Origin: Alloascoidea hylecoeti
Lineage: Eukaryota
NCBI GenBank assembly: GCA_001600815.1
Contig: BCKZ01000002.1
Location: forward strand, 1-64,000
DNA length: 64,000 nucleotides
Reading direction: 5' to 3'
In this document: piece by piece, positions 24,584 to 35,674 of the stretch
Layout: every line of letters starts with the position of its first letter
Numbering within the stretch: the first letter of the stretch is position 1
Translations under genes and position numbers: made by a program
The notes under the pieces: generated by a model
What the model was told of the DNA's origin: nothing
Databases searched by the model: none
What the model saw: the letters and a program-made list of their open reading frames with translations, nothing else

Positions 24584-27500
24584 ATGAGCTCCAGAACGAG
24601 GAGGTCGATTCCTCCACCAGTCCCACCGAAGGACCAATTAATGGGTGATAGTGACCGTGATCAGAATCTGCAGGCCGCCCATGCTGTTGTTGAACAGGAG
24701 CTGGACATAGTCAAGAAACTGAAAAGGTTAAGTATGGGCTCCCTGCTAACCACCACCGACCCAGATTTACCCGGAGACACCCCCATCTCCCCCAAACAAC
24801 AATCCTCAACCCAGCGAAACTCCCAACAAGACGCACGTGACTCAAGTTCATTTGATCCCTCGCAGCTTTTGTGGGTCCCTGCGCGGGTGCATCCGGAGCT
24901 GGCTCCCAAAGAGTGGAAATCGTTTGTTCATTCAAAAGTTAAGGATCTCCAGTCCCAAATATCTAATCAAACTAACGAAGGAGGAAATGTAAGCAGAGGC
25001 AGTTCTCTTCGTAGGTCTAACTCAAAGCTGTCAAAGCAGATTAGAAACCCTCAAAATTACACTGATGGCGCCGATCTATTTGAATCCAAAAGAAAATCCT
25101 TAAGGCTAGACACAAGTACGGACGTGTCTCAACCTTCTTTGGAAAAGTTAAGTGCCGAATTAGCAACCCTTAGTGGTATGGAATCATTAGCTACTGATCC
25201 AAGTATGTTAGTTAAAGCATTTCAAATGGCTGATTCAGAAGATGATTACTATGATGATTCTGAGTCTCCTATCGATTACTATCTTGAAGAATCTTCATCT
25301 CCTTCTACCCCTCCACACTCATCTTCTACCGCTTTACCTGAAGCCGTTGATCTAGATACCCCTATTGCTGTTCCAACAACAAATGTTAGTCTAAGGCGAT
25401 CGAAAGGAATGGTAAACCATAGAAAAACTGTTAAAAATTCACACAGAGGGAGAAAAAAATCACATTCAGTAACTTCTTATAGTTCTCCCCCTGATAATGA
25501 TGAATTTGATAGTGATTTAAGAAGATCTCCAGAGAAAGATTCACCACCAAAATCGCAATATCAATATCAGTCTCAACTCAGATCACAATCTCAATCTCAA
25601 CCTCAACCTCAACTTGAACCTCACTCAGAATCACAATCTCAGTCTCAGTCTCAGCAACCTCAATCGATACCATATCATGGTCGTTTAGCGAGAAGATCAT
25701 CTGAGCCTTCAAAACCAGAAATTCCAAAACACAAGATGGTACGGGCCTCTACTTTTGATTCGGATAATACAACTGAAAGGAAGACCTATACCGAGCCATT
25801 GCAACCAAGTCCTACTGGACTTGATCAAGAAAGATCTAGAACAATCAAAGAAGAAAGTAATAAAGGATTACCTAACATTCCAGAATCTCGTTCTCGTGGA
25901 AGGTATTCTCATAGTGTGTCTCAGAATATATCCTCCCAACAATATATTAGAAGGCATGACAGACATTCAGAAAGAGAGCGGTATAAAGATCATCATCGTG
26001 ACCCAGCCCAAGATCAAATCTTAGTTCAAGTTCAAAGGGAACAGCAGAAAGTTCCTTCTCCAACTACATCATCATTCGGACAAGTAGCATCTGGCAATAG
26101 TAATGTGATATCTCCAACTAATTCGTCATTCGGACAATTATCATCCGGTAGTAATAATGTGACATCTCCAACCACCTCACCATTCGGACAATCTTCATCT
26201 GTACCATCTCCACAGTTATCTTCATCTATAGACCGGCAACGTTCTTATGGATCCTCTTCTAATAAGGCTGTGCCAATGGTACCTGCCCCTAATTTATCAA
26301 ATAAGTCTGATTCGTCGGATAGTTCTCCTCCCAGAAGGCAGCATAGGCGTGGTACATTTAGCCGTATTTTCAATTCAGACTCTACCTCTACATCTACACC
26401 TGTAGAATCAGAAATCCCACAATCTAAATCAGCTACTAATATTACAACAGCGGGGCCTCCTACCTCTAATAATCAATACTCTAATTCAACACCCGACTTA
26501 TTATTATCATCTTCCCAGTCAGTACCTGGTAATACTTCTAATGAAAAAAGGGACGCTGCTGTAACTCTAAGGCATACAAGAAACAGACATCAAGTAGAAG
26601 GAAATGCATTCTTACAAGATGGTAAATCATCACAGCAACAGCCTCAACAAGCGCCGTCGAATCATATATCCACACCATCTACAAACTCGGTTTCATCATC
26701 TACGGGTTCGTTGGGTGGAAGTTCTATTGGCTCTATAGTGCCAGTAGTGCCAGGTTCTTTATCATTACACACATTTAAGAAGAAAACAGATATCACTCCA
26801 GTTACAAGTTTAGAATCACAATTGAATGGGCATTCGAATTCCGTAACGGAAAAAGAAGTTAAGAAGGAGAAGGAATCATCGGGTGTGTTATCTATATTTT
26901 CGAAAAGAAAAGGTAGGAAGGAAAGTAAGAAGGAAAAAGAGCGCGAAAAACAACGAGAAAAGGAGGAGAAATCAAGACAACAAAAGCAAAGACAATATAG
27001 TTATGGTAGTGATCAGAGTCAAAGCACCGAAAGGAATAATTCCGTTAGTGGTAGCACTGTTATTAATGGAAGGGACATGACAACATCAAGTAGTAATAGA
27101 TCAAGGACACGGAACCGATCTAATTCTCGATCTCCATCTCGCTCAAGATCACGATCGAAATCTGATTCAAACTTAAGATCAAGTTCTGCATCAAGGGTAC
27201 CGACTACATTAAAATCAAAATCATTAAATCAATCTTCAAGTATAGGATTAACATTTGCAGAAAGACAACTAGAAAGACGAATTGCAAGAGAACAATTTGA
27301 AAAGGTTTACAATGAATCGACACAAATTCAAGCGCCATCATTACTTGGTTATTCACTCCCGCCAATGAGTAAAAGTAGTATAATTATGTTTCATCATCGA
27401 TTCCCGGTTCATGTTGAACGAGCAATTTATAGACTTTCTCATTTAAAATTGGCAAACCCAAAAAGACCTTTAGTACAACAAGTATTACTTTCAAACTTTA

Positions 27501-27631
27501 TGTATGCCTATTTGAACTTAGTTAATCATATTTTATATATGCAACAACTGGCTCAAGGGAATCAACAAACTCAACCGCAATTAGAAGGACAAGAAGCTGC
27601 TGATGAAGAAGAAGAAGTTAATGGGAGCTAA
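24584..27631 (+). CDS. ZDS1: Zds1/Zds2-family PP2A-Cdc55 regulator
   Basis: C-terminal Zds_C domain (RFPVHVERAIYRLSHLKLANPKRPLVQQVLLSNFMYAYLNLVN); N-terminal LKRLSMG and LLWVPARVHPELAP motifs. Confidence 0.93.
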   Translation: MSSRTRRSIPPPVPPKDQLMGDSDRDQNLQAAHAVVEQELDIVKKLKRLSMGSLLTTTDPDLPGDTPISPKQQSSTQRNSQQDARDSSSFDPSQLLWVPARVHPELAPKEWKSFVHSKVKDLQSQISNQTNEGGNVSRGSSLRRSNSKLSKQIRNPQNYTDGADLFESKRKSLRLDTSTDVSQPSLEKLSAELATLSGMESLATDPSMLVKAFQMADSEDDYYDDSESPIDYYLEESSSPSTPPHSSSTALPEAVDLDTPIAVPTTNVSLRRSKGMVNHRKTVKNSHRGRKKSHSVTSYSSPPDNDEFDSDLRRSPEKDSPPKSQYQYQSQLRSQSQSQPQPQLEPHSESQSQSQSQQPQSIPYHGRLARRSSEPSKPEIPKHKMVRASTFDSDNTTERKTYTEPLQPSPTGLDQERSRTIKEESNKGLPNIPESRSRGRYSHSVSQNISSQQYIRRHDRHSERERYKDHHRDPAQDQILVQVQREQQKVPSPTTSSFGQVASGNSNVISPTNSSFGQLSSGSNNVTSPTTSPFGQSSSVPSPQLSSSIDRQRSYGSSSNKAVPMVPAPNLSNKSDSSDSSPPRRQHRRGTFSRIFNSDSTSTSTPVESEIPQSKSATNITTAGPPTSNNQYSNSTPDLLLSSSQSVPGNTSNEKRDAAVTLRHTRNRHQVEGNAFLQDGKSSQQQPQQAPSNHISTPSTNSVSSSTGSLGGSSIGSIVPVVPGSLSLHTFKKKTDITPVTSLESQLNGHSNSVTEKEVKKEKESSGVLSIFSKRKGRKESKKEKEREKQREKEEKSRQQKQRQYSYGSDQSQSTERNNSVSGSTVINGRDMTTSSSNRSRTRNRSNSRSPSRSRSRSKSDSNLRSSSASRVPTTLKSKSLNQSSSIGLTFAERQLERRIAREQFEKVYNESTQIQAPSLLGYSLPPMSKSSIIMFHHRFPVHVERAIYRLSHLKLANPKRPLVQQVLLSNFMYAYLNLVNHILYMQQLAQGNQQTQPQLEGQEAADEEEEVNGS

Positions 27632-27789
27632 AATATGTTAGCTATTTAGTTATTTTATAAATTTAGTATTACATATTTTGTTTTCTTTATTTACCTCTTA
27701 ATGAAAAAAAAAAATTCATGCTTATTATTGTGTAACATACATGTAATGATATTCTACTTATATATTATAGGGGAAGATTATATGAATAT

Positions 27790-28938
27790 TTATAAATCTA
27801 TTTCGCGCTGATGCTCCTCCCACTCTTTTAAGAACTTCAAAATCTTTGCAGCTTCTCTTCCAAGCATCCCACCATCTTTAACGAGGATATTGAAATTTCT
27901 AACAAGCGGTGTATAATATTTATTTTTAAATATTGTATTTCGTGATTCAAGAGTATCACCAAATAAAGAATAATCATCCTCATTATTTTTTATAGAGCTT
28001 TCATTTTCAGAAGGAGCAATCATAGGTTTAAATAAACCAAGGAAATCAAAAGGCTGAGGTTTTTGATTTAAAAAAAGTAAATATTTAGGTGTAAAAGCAT
28101 GCGTATTAGCATATGGATGATCTCTAAATTCAATTTCATTGACTTCGTCAACAAATTCTAATCTCTTCCAATCCAACCCATATTGTAAATAAGTACTGAA
28201 AACTTGTAAATGTTTCAACTGAGTACTTGTATCAGCATTATTACTATCAAATAAAAGTAAGTTATCAGAAATATTTCCATCTTTATTCCAACCTAAAATC
28301 ATCATGAAATCAGATAATAATTTATCCCAATTCTTATCGTTTTCAATTAGTTCATTTGAACATGAATCAAATAAAATTTTAAAAAAAGTAGAGGAGTCAG
28401 AACGAATTTTTGTATTTAAATGTGACATTGAACTTTTCAAATATAACAAATAGATTTTCAGATGGACTTGAAATAAAGATATTATCGCAGGATCGTCTCT
28501 ATTTAATATTTTAATCAAACACTCTATAAGAGCATTACGAACTGATTTTGAAGTATCTATCATCAGTGGTATTATTGCAGTCATAATTTCTTTATAGATA
28601 ACTGTATTTGATGCAGGAGGTAAATGGCTTGTTATGAAGTGAAGAGATTCTTTACGTGTTATCGGAGCATGGTGTTTCGTTAATGAAATATAATGTGATA
28701 GATTCGAATCAGTAGTATGTGATTTCAAAATTGATTGTGAAGGTAAAGATATTGTTTTAGCAGTAAAAGAGGTGTCAGTATAATTTGAAGGTTTCGCAGC
28801 TGTTTTACCAACTTTCAGTTTTGATTTCTATATACTACCGTTAATAACCTATAAACTAAAACATTTCAATAACAATAACAATTACGGACATACCACAAAA
28901 TCCTTTTGTTTTTCCTTTTTTCTTCTTGTAGAACCCAT
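27790..28938 (-). CDS. IPI1: Rix1-complex pre-rRNA processing protein; exons 28938-28894 and 28827-27790
   Basis: Spliced N-terminus MGSTRRKKEKQKDFV|KSKLKVGKTAAKPSNYTDTSFTAKTISLPSQSI; phase-0 intron 28828-28893 (GTATGT...TAG). Confidence 0.92.
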
Positions 28939-29044
28939 TAATGTTTCTTATAATATCTAAAAAGTTTTTTGGATGATATTTTTTATCACGTGCTGTTACA
29001 CCAAATCTTTAAACCTCTGTTCTTCATATTTAGTAATCTGAAAA
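28939..29044. promoter_or_regulatory. 106-bp bidirectional promoter between IPI1 and RQC1 with a TCACGTG E-box
   Basis: Divergent ATGs at 28938 (-) and 29045 (+); TCACGTG at 28986-28992 (Cbf1-type). Confidence 0.6.
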
Positions 29045-30931
29045 ATGTCAGCTAGGCTACTAAAGAAACTACAGCAATTGGAGGTATCCTCTCCAGACGC
29101 CTCTGACTCAGAATTATTAGAGGAGGAGGAAGTGACTCAACCAAAAGCCAATCTATTCGCACTCTTAGGTGCAGAAACAGACGAAGAAGACGAGAAGGAT
29201 GAAGATGAAGATGAAGACCAACAACAAGAAGAAAGTAAAAAAGGAAAAGAAATAAAAGTCATCAATAAAGAAATAGAAGATCATAATCCACCTTCAAAAT
29301 CGAAATCCAAAAAAAACAAGAAAAAAAACAAAAAGAAGAAGAAGAAATCCAACTCACACAAACAGCTTGAATCAGAAGACATTTCCAATGATTATCCCAT
29401 CAACCCAGAGTTCCCATTATTCAAGCGCTCAAATTTTGAAGCCTCATCATCACTCTTAACAATAAACCGTAATGATTTGAATCCCGAGAATGAGTATAAA
29501 CAATTATTCGGGAAAACCAAATTGTCTACTGGCTCGGAGGTTTCTCGCTCAAGTTTCTTTGGGTTATCTAGTAAGCAATGGGATGAGCTGATTTCTGCTT
29601 ATACCAAACAAGGATGGGGTGGTAGATCAATTCCACATACTAGTCGAAAACTATTATTAAGCAGTTTACCGACTTTTTGGGTCCCAGTTAAGAAGAAACC
29701 TTTAAATATGGAAAAAATTCCAAATTCTACACCATCATCAGAAAATGTATCTTATTTTAAATTCAAGAAAAATACTTTGAATTCAGATGAAGAAAAACAA
29801 CAATTTAAATACAATGCTGCCTTTTTTCATGCAATTCAATCTGGTGATCATCAACGAATATTTGATATATTAAAACAAAACCCAGTTCATATTGAAAGTT
29901 TACTACAAGGGTCTGAAATACTATTAAAGCAAGGTGGTTTACGTGATGAATCGAATATATTTTTGGAAAGAGCAATGGTTGTATTTGATTGGTGTTTTAA
30001 TAAAACTTTTGATATTCTTAGTGGTGGGAAATCTCGATTACCTTTCAAATATTTCCTAAATCGACAATTTCATTTATGTTTATTCAAATATATCTTATCA
30101 TTAACACAAAGAGGAACATATTTCACTGCATTACAGTTTGTTAAACTGTTATGGAGTTTAAATCCAGAAGAAGATCCATATGGTGTAAGATATTTCATTG
30201 ATCATTATTGTATTATTTCTGGAGAATATGAATATTTAATTGATTTATCAAAAAGTGATCTAATCACAACTTATACGGATTGGTATACACCTGGAATCGC
30301 TTATAATTTGGTCCTCGCGTATTTATACCTAAACAAAACCGAAGAAGCAAAAGAATCTTTGATAAGAGCAATGTCATTATATCCATGGACAGCTCATAAA
30401 TTATTAATGACTTTAGGAATTTTTCATAATAATAATGAAAATTTTAATTTTAAATTTGGTAATTACGATTTTGCTACAAAAGACATTGAAGTAATGACGG
30501 AATCAATTATTATTAGATCAAAACAAGTTTGGGTTAAAAAAGAACATTTAGATTTTTTAAGAAATGAATCAGAAATGATCATTTCTTCTGAATTATGGAA
30601 ATCATCAACTGATTTATTATATGAAGATATCAAGAAATTAGCGATTGAATCTGAATTAGATAAAGATAAAGAAGCAGCAATTTTCCCAATTAATTTAGGA
30701 AGATTTGCACTTTTATCAGGGGAAGGTAAAATCATGTCCCATTTACCTTCAAAGGTATGGGAGATTCCTAATTTTACAGCAGAGTACGATGTAATGGCTC
30801 CTTTAAATGATGAAGGGGAAAGGTTCCCCGACGATTGGGTAAACTTAAATGATATGGAGGATGAAGCTGAAAATGTGGAGTATGAGAGACAATTGATGGA
30901 ACAAATTGCTAGATCATTAGAAGAACAATAA
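29045..30931 (+). CDS. RQC1: Ribosome quality control protein (Tcf25 family)
   Basis: Acidic and Lys-rich N-terminus; NPENEYKQLFG, RLPFKYFLNRQF, LLWSLNPEEDPYGVRYFIDHY and WYTPGIAY motifs. Confidence 0.9.
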   Translation: MSARLLKKLQQLEVSSPDASDSELLEEEEVTQPKANLFALLGAETDEEDEKDEDEDEDQQQEESKKGKEIKVINKEIEDHNPPSKSKSKKNKKKNKKKKKKSNSHKQLESEDISNDYPINPEFPLFKRSNFEASSSLLTINRNDLNPENEYKQLFGKTKLSTGSEVSRSSFFGLSSKQWDELISAYTKQGWGGRSIPHTSRKLLLSSLPTFWVPVKKKPLNMEKIPNSTPSSENVSYFKFKKNTLNSDEEKQQFKYNAAFFHAIQSGDHQRIFDILKQNPVHIESLLQGSEILLKQGGLRDESNIFLERAMVVFDWCFNKTFDILSGGKSRLPFKYFLNRQFHLCLFKYILSLTQRGTYFTALQFVKLLWSLNPEEDPYGVRYFIDHYCIISGEYEYLIDLSKSDLITTYTDWYTPGIAYNLVLAYLYLNKTEEAKESLIRAMSLYPWTAHKLLMTLGIFHNNNENFNFKFGNYDFATKDIEVMTESIIIRSKQVWVKKEHLDFLRNESEMIISSELWKSSTDLLYEDIKKLAIESELDKDKEAAIFPINLGRFALLSGEGKIMSHLPSKVWEIPNFTAEYDVMAPLNDEGERFPDDWVNLNDMEDEAENVEYERQLMEQIARSLEEQ

Positions 30932-32352
30932 TTGAATACAGTATAGGGTACAACGGAATACAATTTACGGAAAATCTGCGGACATTTACGGGAAATCAAA
31001 ACTTATTTACGAAAAAAGTTACGTTTTTCATATTTTAAATGTTACCTGATCATAGTGATATATACTCTTAGATATATAAACATAAGACTAATTACAACCG
31101 AGTTATAATTAAGAGTCTAAATGTTATATTAACTCATGTTGCCATTTGCTGACTTTGGAATAACAACAGTTATATTACATTCCAAGTAAATGTGATTATT
31201 AGAAGCTATACGAGATTTGAACCAGCTTCTGGCCCAATATTTAGGTCTCCCTACCCCTCAGAGTTTTAAAAAGTAGAAGCATTAATATTACTAGTATTTT
31301 CTGGTGTAAGTGATATGGAAGGGAATCGTCCGAATGAATTTGATTAGATACAAAAGACAATCTTGCTTGATGTTTACGCTTCATGGGAAGGTGATATCAG
31401 AATATGTTTTGAATCTCTCGGTGCAGGAAAAATATCCATTTCTTCATGACGACAAGAGGTCACCATTCTGATTCATCCTCATCCTCATCTGAGCTTAGTT
31501 CAGTGTAGGTCACCAATTCAGACATTGACCCATTGTTGTTATTGTTAGTGTCAGAATCATCTCTCGAATTACGATCAATATCATTACAGATACTTGCAAT
31601 AGAACGATTCAATTAGTATTGATAACTTTTATAAATTATTTGATTTAAATTAAACTTGTAGTTATTACAGCCCAATTGACTTAATTTGTTTATTAAATAC
31701 CAAAGGATATTTGCTTCTTTAAATAATCTAGATAAACATCATAAGGGTCTTATTTTGTCTGTAGTTAGCGTTGTGTATGAACCACTCAATTGCCTTCAAT
31801 TCCTTCCAGACTGCCCTCAGTCTATATCTAGTGTATCCATATTTCTAAAACTATATCTCTAAGGAAGCTCGTGTCCATTAAAAATGGATTTTTATGATAT
31901 TTACCTTAAAATCAGAGGTTATTTCAAGATTATATATTCCCTCTTGAGAATTTCACCATCCAAGATGGGATTCTTGTAATTATAGACTTTTATAATCGCA
32001 AACCATTTTTGGATTATTCTCTTTCGAAAAGTTCATCCTATAATATATAAACTGCTAAAATTTGAAAATTAATACTGTGAATTAGATGCTACCGTAAGTA
32101 TGGTACCAAATATGGAAATAAGCGTCACATGCTAACCATCAAGTAATGTACAGAATACGGTTACGAAAAATTTACGAACGATAAAGCACACCAATAAGTA
32201 TAAATGTAGATTTAAAAAGATATTAATTAAATTAAATCAAATCATATAAACTACTAATCCTTCTAATTGTATCAATATGGGAAGATAAGAGCATATAAAA
32301 TGCAAATTTAAAATTCTTAATCAAATAAAATAAATTAAAATATGATTCGTAG

Positions 32353-32716
32353 TAGGCCGCGCATCGCCGAGTACTCGAGTCCGAGTACAGACCTTTTGGC
32401 GTGACTCGAGACCGAGCACATTGGATTTCTGATCGAGGCGAAAACGAGCCAAAATTGAGATTCACCCAAGCACTAAAGTGAGCATTGATCAGGATTTCCA
32501 TAATCAATTTCAAACGGTATCATATAAAACTGGCATACTATTTTATGATTAAAAATAGATTCAAAGACTCTGAACTATTTATATGTATTGATTCTTCATG
32601 ATTTAGCACAATTTGAGTAATATGGCGAATCATTGATTGATTGACTTGGAGCGAGCATCAGGGAAGGTTTTCAAATAGGCGTGCATGGAAAAATATTTGA
32701 CGATGCGTTCGGCCTA
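32353..32716. mobile_element. hAT-like MITE (364 bp) with TIRs and 8-bp TSD
   Basis: TIRs TAGGCCGCGCATCG / TAGGCCGAACGCATCG (reverse complement); flanks ATTCGTAG (32345-32352) and ATTCGCAG (32717-32724); subterminal CCGAG/CTCGAG repeats. Confidence 0.8.
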
Positions 32717-32726
32717 ATTCGCAGTA

Positions 32727-33350
32727 CAGCCGAGTCAGATTAAACGGATTCATCGGACACCACTCCAAGGCCCAGCCTAAGAACCTATTTAAACAAACAT
32801 GTATATGTAATATTCTAGGCACCTAAAGGACCTTTTCAAAATGAGAAGAATCAAAGAACATGGTGTTATGGTCTAAAGATATATTAGAGTGGTCTCAGAA
32901 GGTTTGTGGTACATTTCTGGGATCCGGAAAAGTATAGGCTCGAATTAATTATTGAACCTTAAAATGTTTAATCCAGTTATTCCATTTAATTTTGACCATT
33001 TCTTGGACACATGATGCATTAATGTTCAAAATTAAGTGGAACAACTGTAATATAAAGAAGCCTGGGTCTGTAATTATTTTGGTATGGAGGTCGTATTAAG
33101 TGTTTTTGTCGTAGAGAGCTGTTTATGACATTAAGGGCGCCAACACTTAAAAAGCTTAAGGCATCATTTTCTATAGACTAGTATAGATCCTCTAGAATTT
33201 GCGTAACATTATACACTATTTTAAGAACATTTAAGGCTTATATATAATTATTAGAGTACTCAATAGTTCTAATTGGCTGACGTTATAATCTTGCCATTTT
33301 ATGGAGTGGTGACCCGAACAAGAAGCGTAAGTTTAATCTTGACCCGGTCG
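32727..33350 (+). mobile_element. Internally deleted Tc1/mariner-type element (624 bp), TA-flanked
   Basis: TA|CAGCCGAGTCA-GATTAAAC versus reverse-complemented right end TA|CGACCGGGTCAAGATTAAAC; internal RAVYDIKGANT* resembles the Tc1 C-terminal AVI.AKGG.T motif. Confidence 0.65.
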
Positions 33351-33538
33351 TATATTATTCGATGTTGAAACAGAAAACAAAATCGATCCATAAAATATCA
33401 GTACACTACTTTAAATTTGGAAAGTCTACATCGGGAGGATAAATTATTTAATACTATATGTGGTTAATATGGTACCTTCCGTATATTTTTTGTCTATTGT
33501 TGTTGTTCACATATGTATAATAAAACTAGATATTAAAT

Positions 33539-34852
33539 CTAAGGTACACTAAATAAAGAAAAGTTTCTAACAATACCAGGACCTAATTCTTCATAATCTT
33601 GTTTTGTATAACAATAACTTTTAAATTCAGCAGTTTGAGCCAATAAACTACCACCAAACCAAACAGCATTTCTTTGTTTTTTATGAGAAATTACGGAAAC
33701 TTCAACACCAGTTGATTTAACACCGGTACCAGCTAAAGATTCACTTTTTTTAATTCTTTGATTTGTAAGTGTTCTAATATCACGTTGTAATCTTCTACCA
33801 AATTCTTTAAACATTGTTGAACCACCAGATAATACAATATTTTTATATAAACCTTTTCTAACATCAATTGGGGAAGCTTGAATAACGGAATCAACAACAT
33901 TTGGTAAAGGAGTTAAGAAATCACTACTTGCAATTTCAGGATTGAAAAAGATTTCGGGAGCTAAGAAACGTTCATAACCAACATCAATTTCCAAATATTT
34001 ATCTAATCTTTGATCAACTACATATTTTTGAAAACAACCTGGTTCTTTATCGTATCTTGCGAATTCTTTAACAATATTTGGACAAACATAACAATATTGT
34101 TCTTTAATTTTTTCAGCAGTTTTTAATGAAGTATCTTTTTCACCTCGATCTCGTAATAAACTTTGAACAAATAAAGTTATATCACGACCAGCAATGGGGA
34201 TATTTTTAATAGCACCACCAATTACATAACCTTCGGCAACAGGAATAACATGAGTTACACCATCACCGGAATCAATAACGGTACCGGTTAAAGATCTATC
34301 TTTAACTTTTGAAGAAGTCCAAGAAGCAGCTAAAGCTAGGACGGCTTGTACGGCAATATATAAACCAGCACAATTAAAAGTTTCAAACATAATTTCAGCT
34401 GTGTTTTCCCTATTTTCAGGAGGATTTAAAGGAGGTTCGGTTAATAAGAAATAATGATCCTCTGGTTCACATCTTAAATATTTAAAGATTGAATTTTCCC
34501 AAAACCTTTCCATATGATCCCAATTATCGATTTGACCATGTCTAATTGGATAATTTAGACCATATTTTGGGCCATTTGCAGCATTCAAAGCTTCATCACC
34601 AATGAAAAAATCCAAATCGGATGTACCTTTATTACGTTTTGTATTTGCATTTGAAGTTGCTATAACAGTTGGGAATATAAAAGAAGGGGCGTCATTTCCA
34701 GCGTAACCAAGTTTAGTTAAACCGGTACCACTAACAATTAAAAATGATGGTTAGTATTTTATAATAGATGAATGGCATCAATTGGATGAACGTAATTGAG
34801 TAAAATAAACGTACTTGTCCATGACAACGGCCGGATTTCCAGTGTTGGCCAT
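33539..34852 (-). CDS. ARP3: Actin-related protein 3; exons 34852-34815 and 34730-33539
   Basis: [30 protein letters not shown]...; intron 34731-34814 (GTACGT...TACTAAC...TAG); Arp3 motifs [16 protein letters not shown] and [10 protein letters not shown]. Confidence 0.97.
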
Positions 34853-34976
34853 TTTGCAATATGATGATGTGTAAATGTGTGAATGAACAGATATTCAGAG
34901 TGTTTGTTGGGCGTGTGGGTGTTTGTGCGGTGAGTACAATGGAAATATATTAAAACTATATAAATAAGATAAAGAA

Positions 34977-35440
34977 CTAGGCATTTTGATGGATTTTGGG
35001 GTCCGGAGTGGTGACGGACTTTATCAAGAGTTCAATTACTTTGGCTTTTGATTCGGCAGCTTTCTTTAGGATTTCCTGGAGTTCGGATTGGACGGCAACC
35101 TCTGAATCCTTTTCAGCTTGGATGTTTGAGCCGGCGTGCTATATCATCATTAGCACAGAACTTTCAAGCAAGTATTTAAAATAGGAACGTACCTCTTCTT
35201 TGTATCTTGACAATTCGGCATCTTTCTCTGCTTTGTAGGCTTCAATTTCAGCAGAAGCGTCCTTTTTAGCGGCCTTCAACTTTTGGGCACGATCTTCAAG
35301 AGGTTTGTTAGCATGAGACGGAGCGGGAGACGGAGCGGGAGACGGAGTGGAAACAACATACATGCTCTTGAGTCAGCGACGATCTGGTGAGCTTCACGTT
35401 CAGCGTCCAGCAGTTTTTGGATTCCGTGGGATTGAGACAT
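34977..35440 (-). CDS. VMA10: V-ATPase subunit G; exons 35440-35362, 35293-35193, 35138-34977
   Basis: Spliced MSQSHGIQKLLDAEREAHQIVADSRA|YRAQKLKAAKKDASAEIEAYK...|HAGSN...PDPKIHQNA*; introns GTATGT..GCTAAC..AAG and GTACGT..GCTAAT..TAG. Confidence 0.93.
35315..35350. repeat. GC-rich 12-bp minisatellite x3 in VMA10 intron 1
   Basis: GAGACGGAGCGG GAGACGGAGCGG GAGACGGAGTGG. Confidence 0.9.
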
Positions 35441-35674
35441 TGATTGTTGTTGGAGGAGACACCCAGAGATGATTGGGATTGGAAGAAAGAGAGCGCGTGC
35501 TGAGATGTACGCTTTAGCCATGCGTATTATAATAAATGTTTCATTATTTTTACATTAAGCATTTAATGGATTGCAGGGGAGCCCTTCACTATGCTTGCAC
35601 TGTATGATAATTGTAATCGTAATTGTAATTAGTCCTCCTGATGAAACCTTTTTTCTTCTTCACTCTCCCTCACC

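Noticed and set aside
26050..26200. Three roughly 60-bp repeats in ZDS1 with regular spacing
   Set aside because: They are degenerate coding repeats (SPT.S.FGQ) inside a eukaryotic ORF, not a CRISPR-like repeat-spacer array.
35380..35420. Alternative yeast CUG code
   Set aside because: CTG occupies conserved Leu positions (VMA10 KLLDAE, PRE10 ELEKL), consistent with the standard code.
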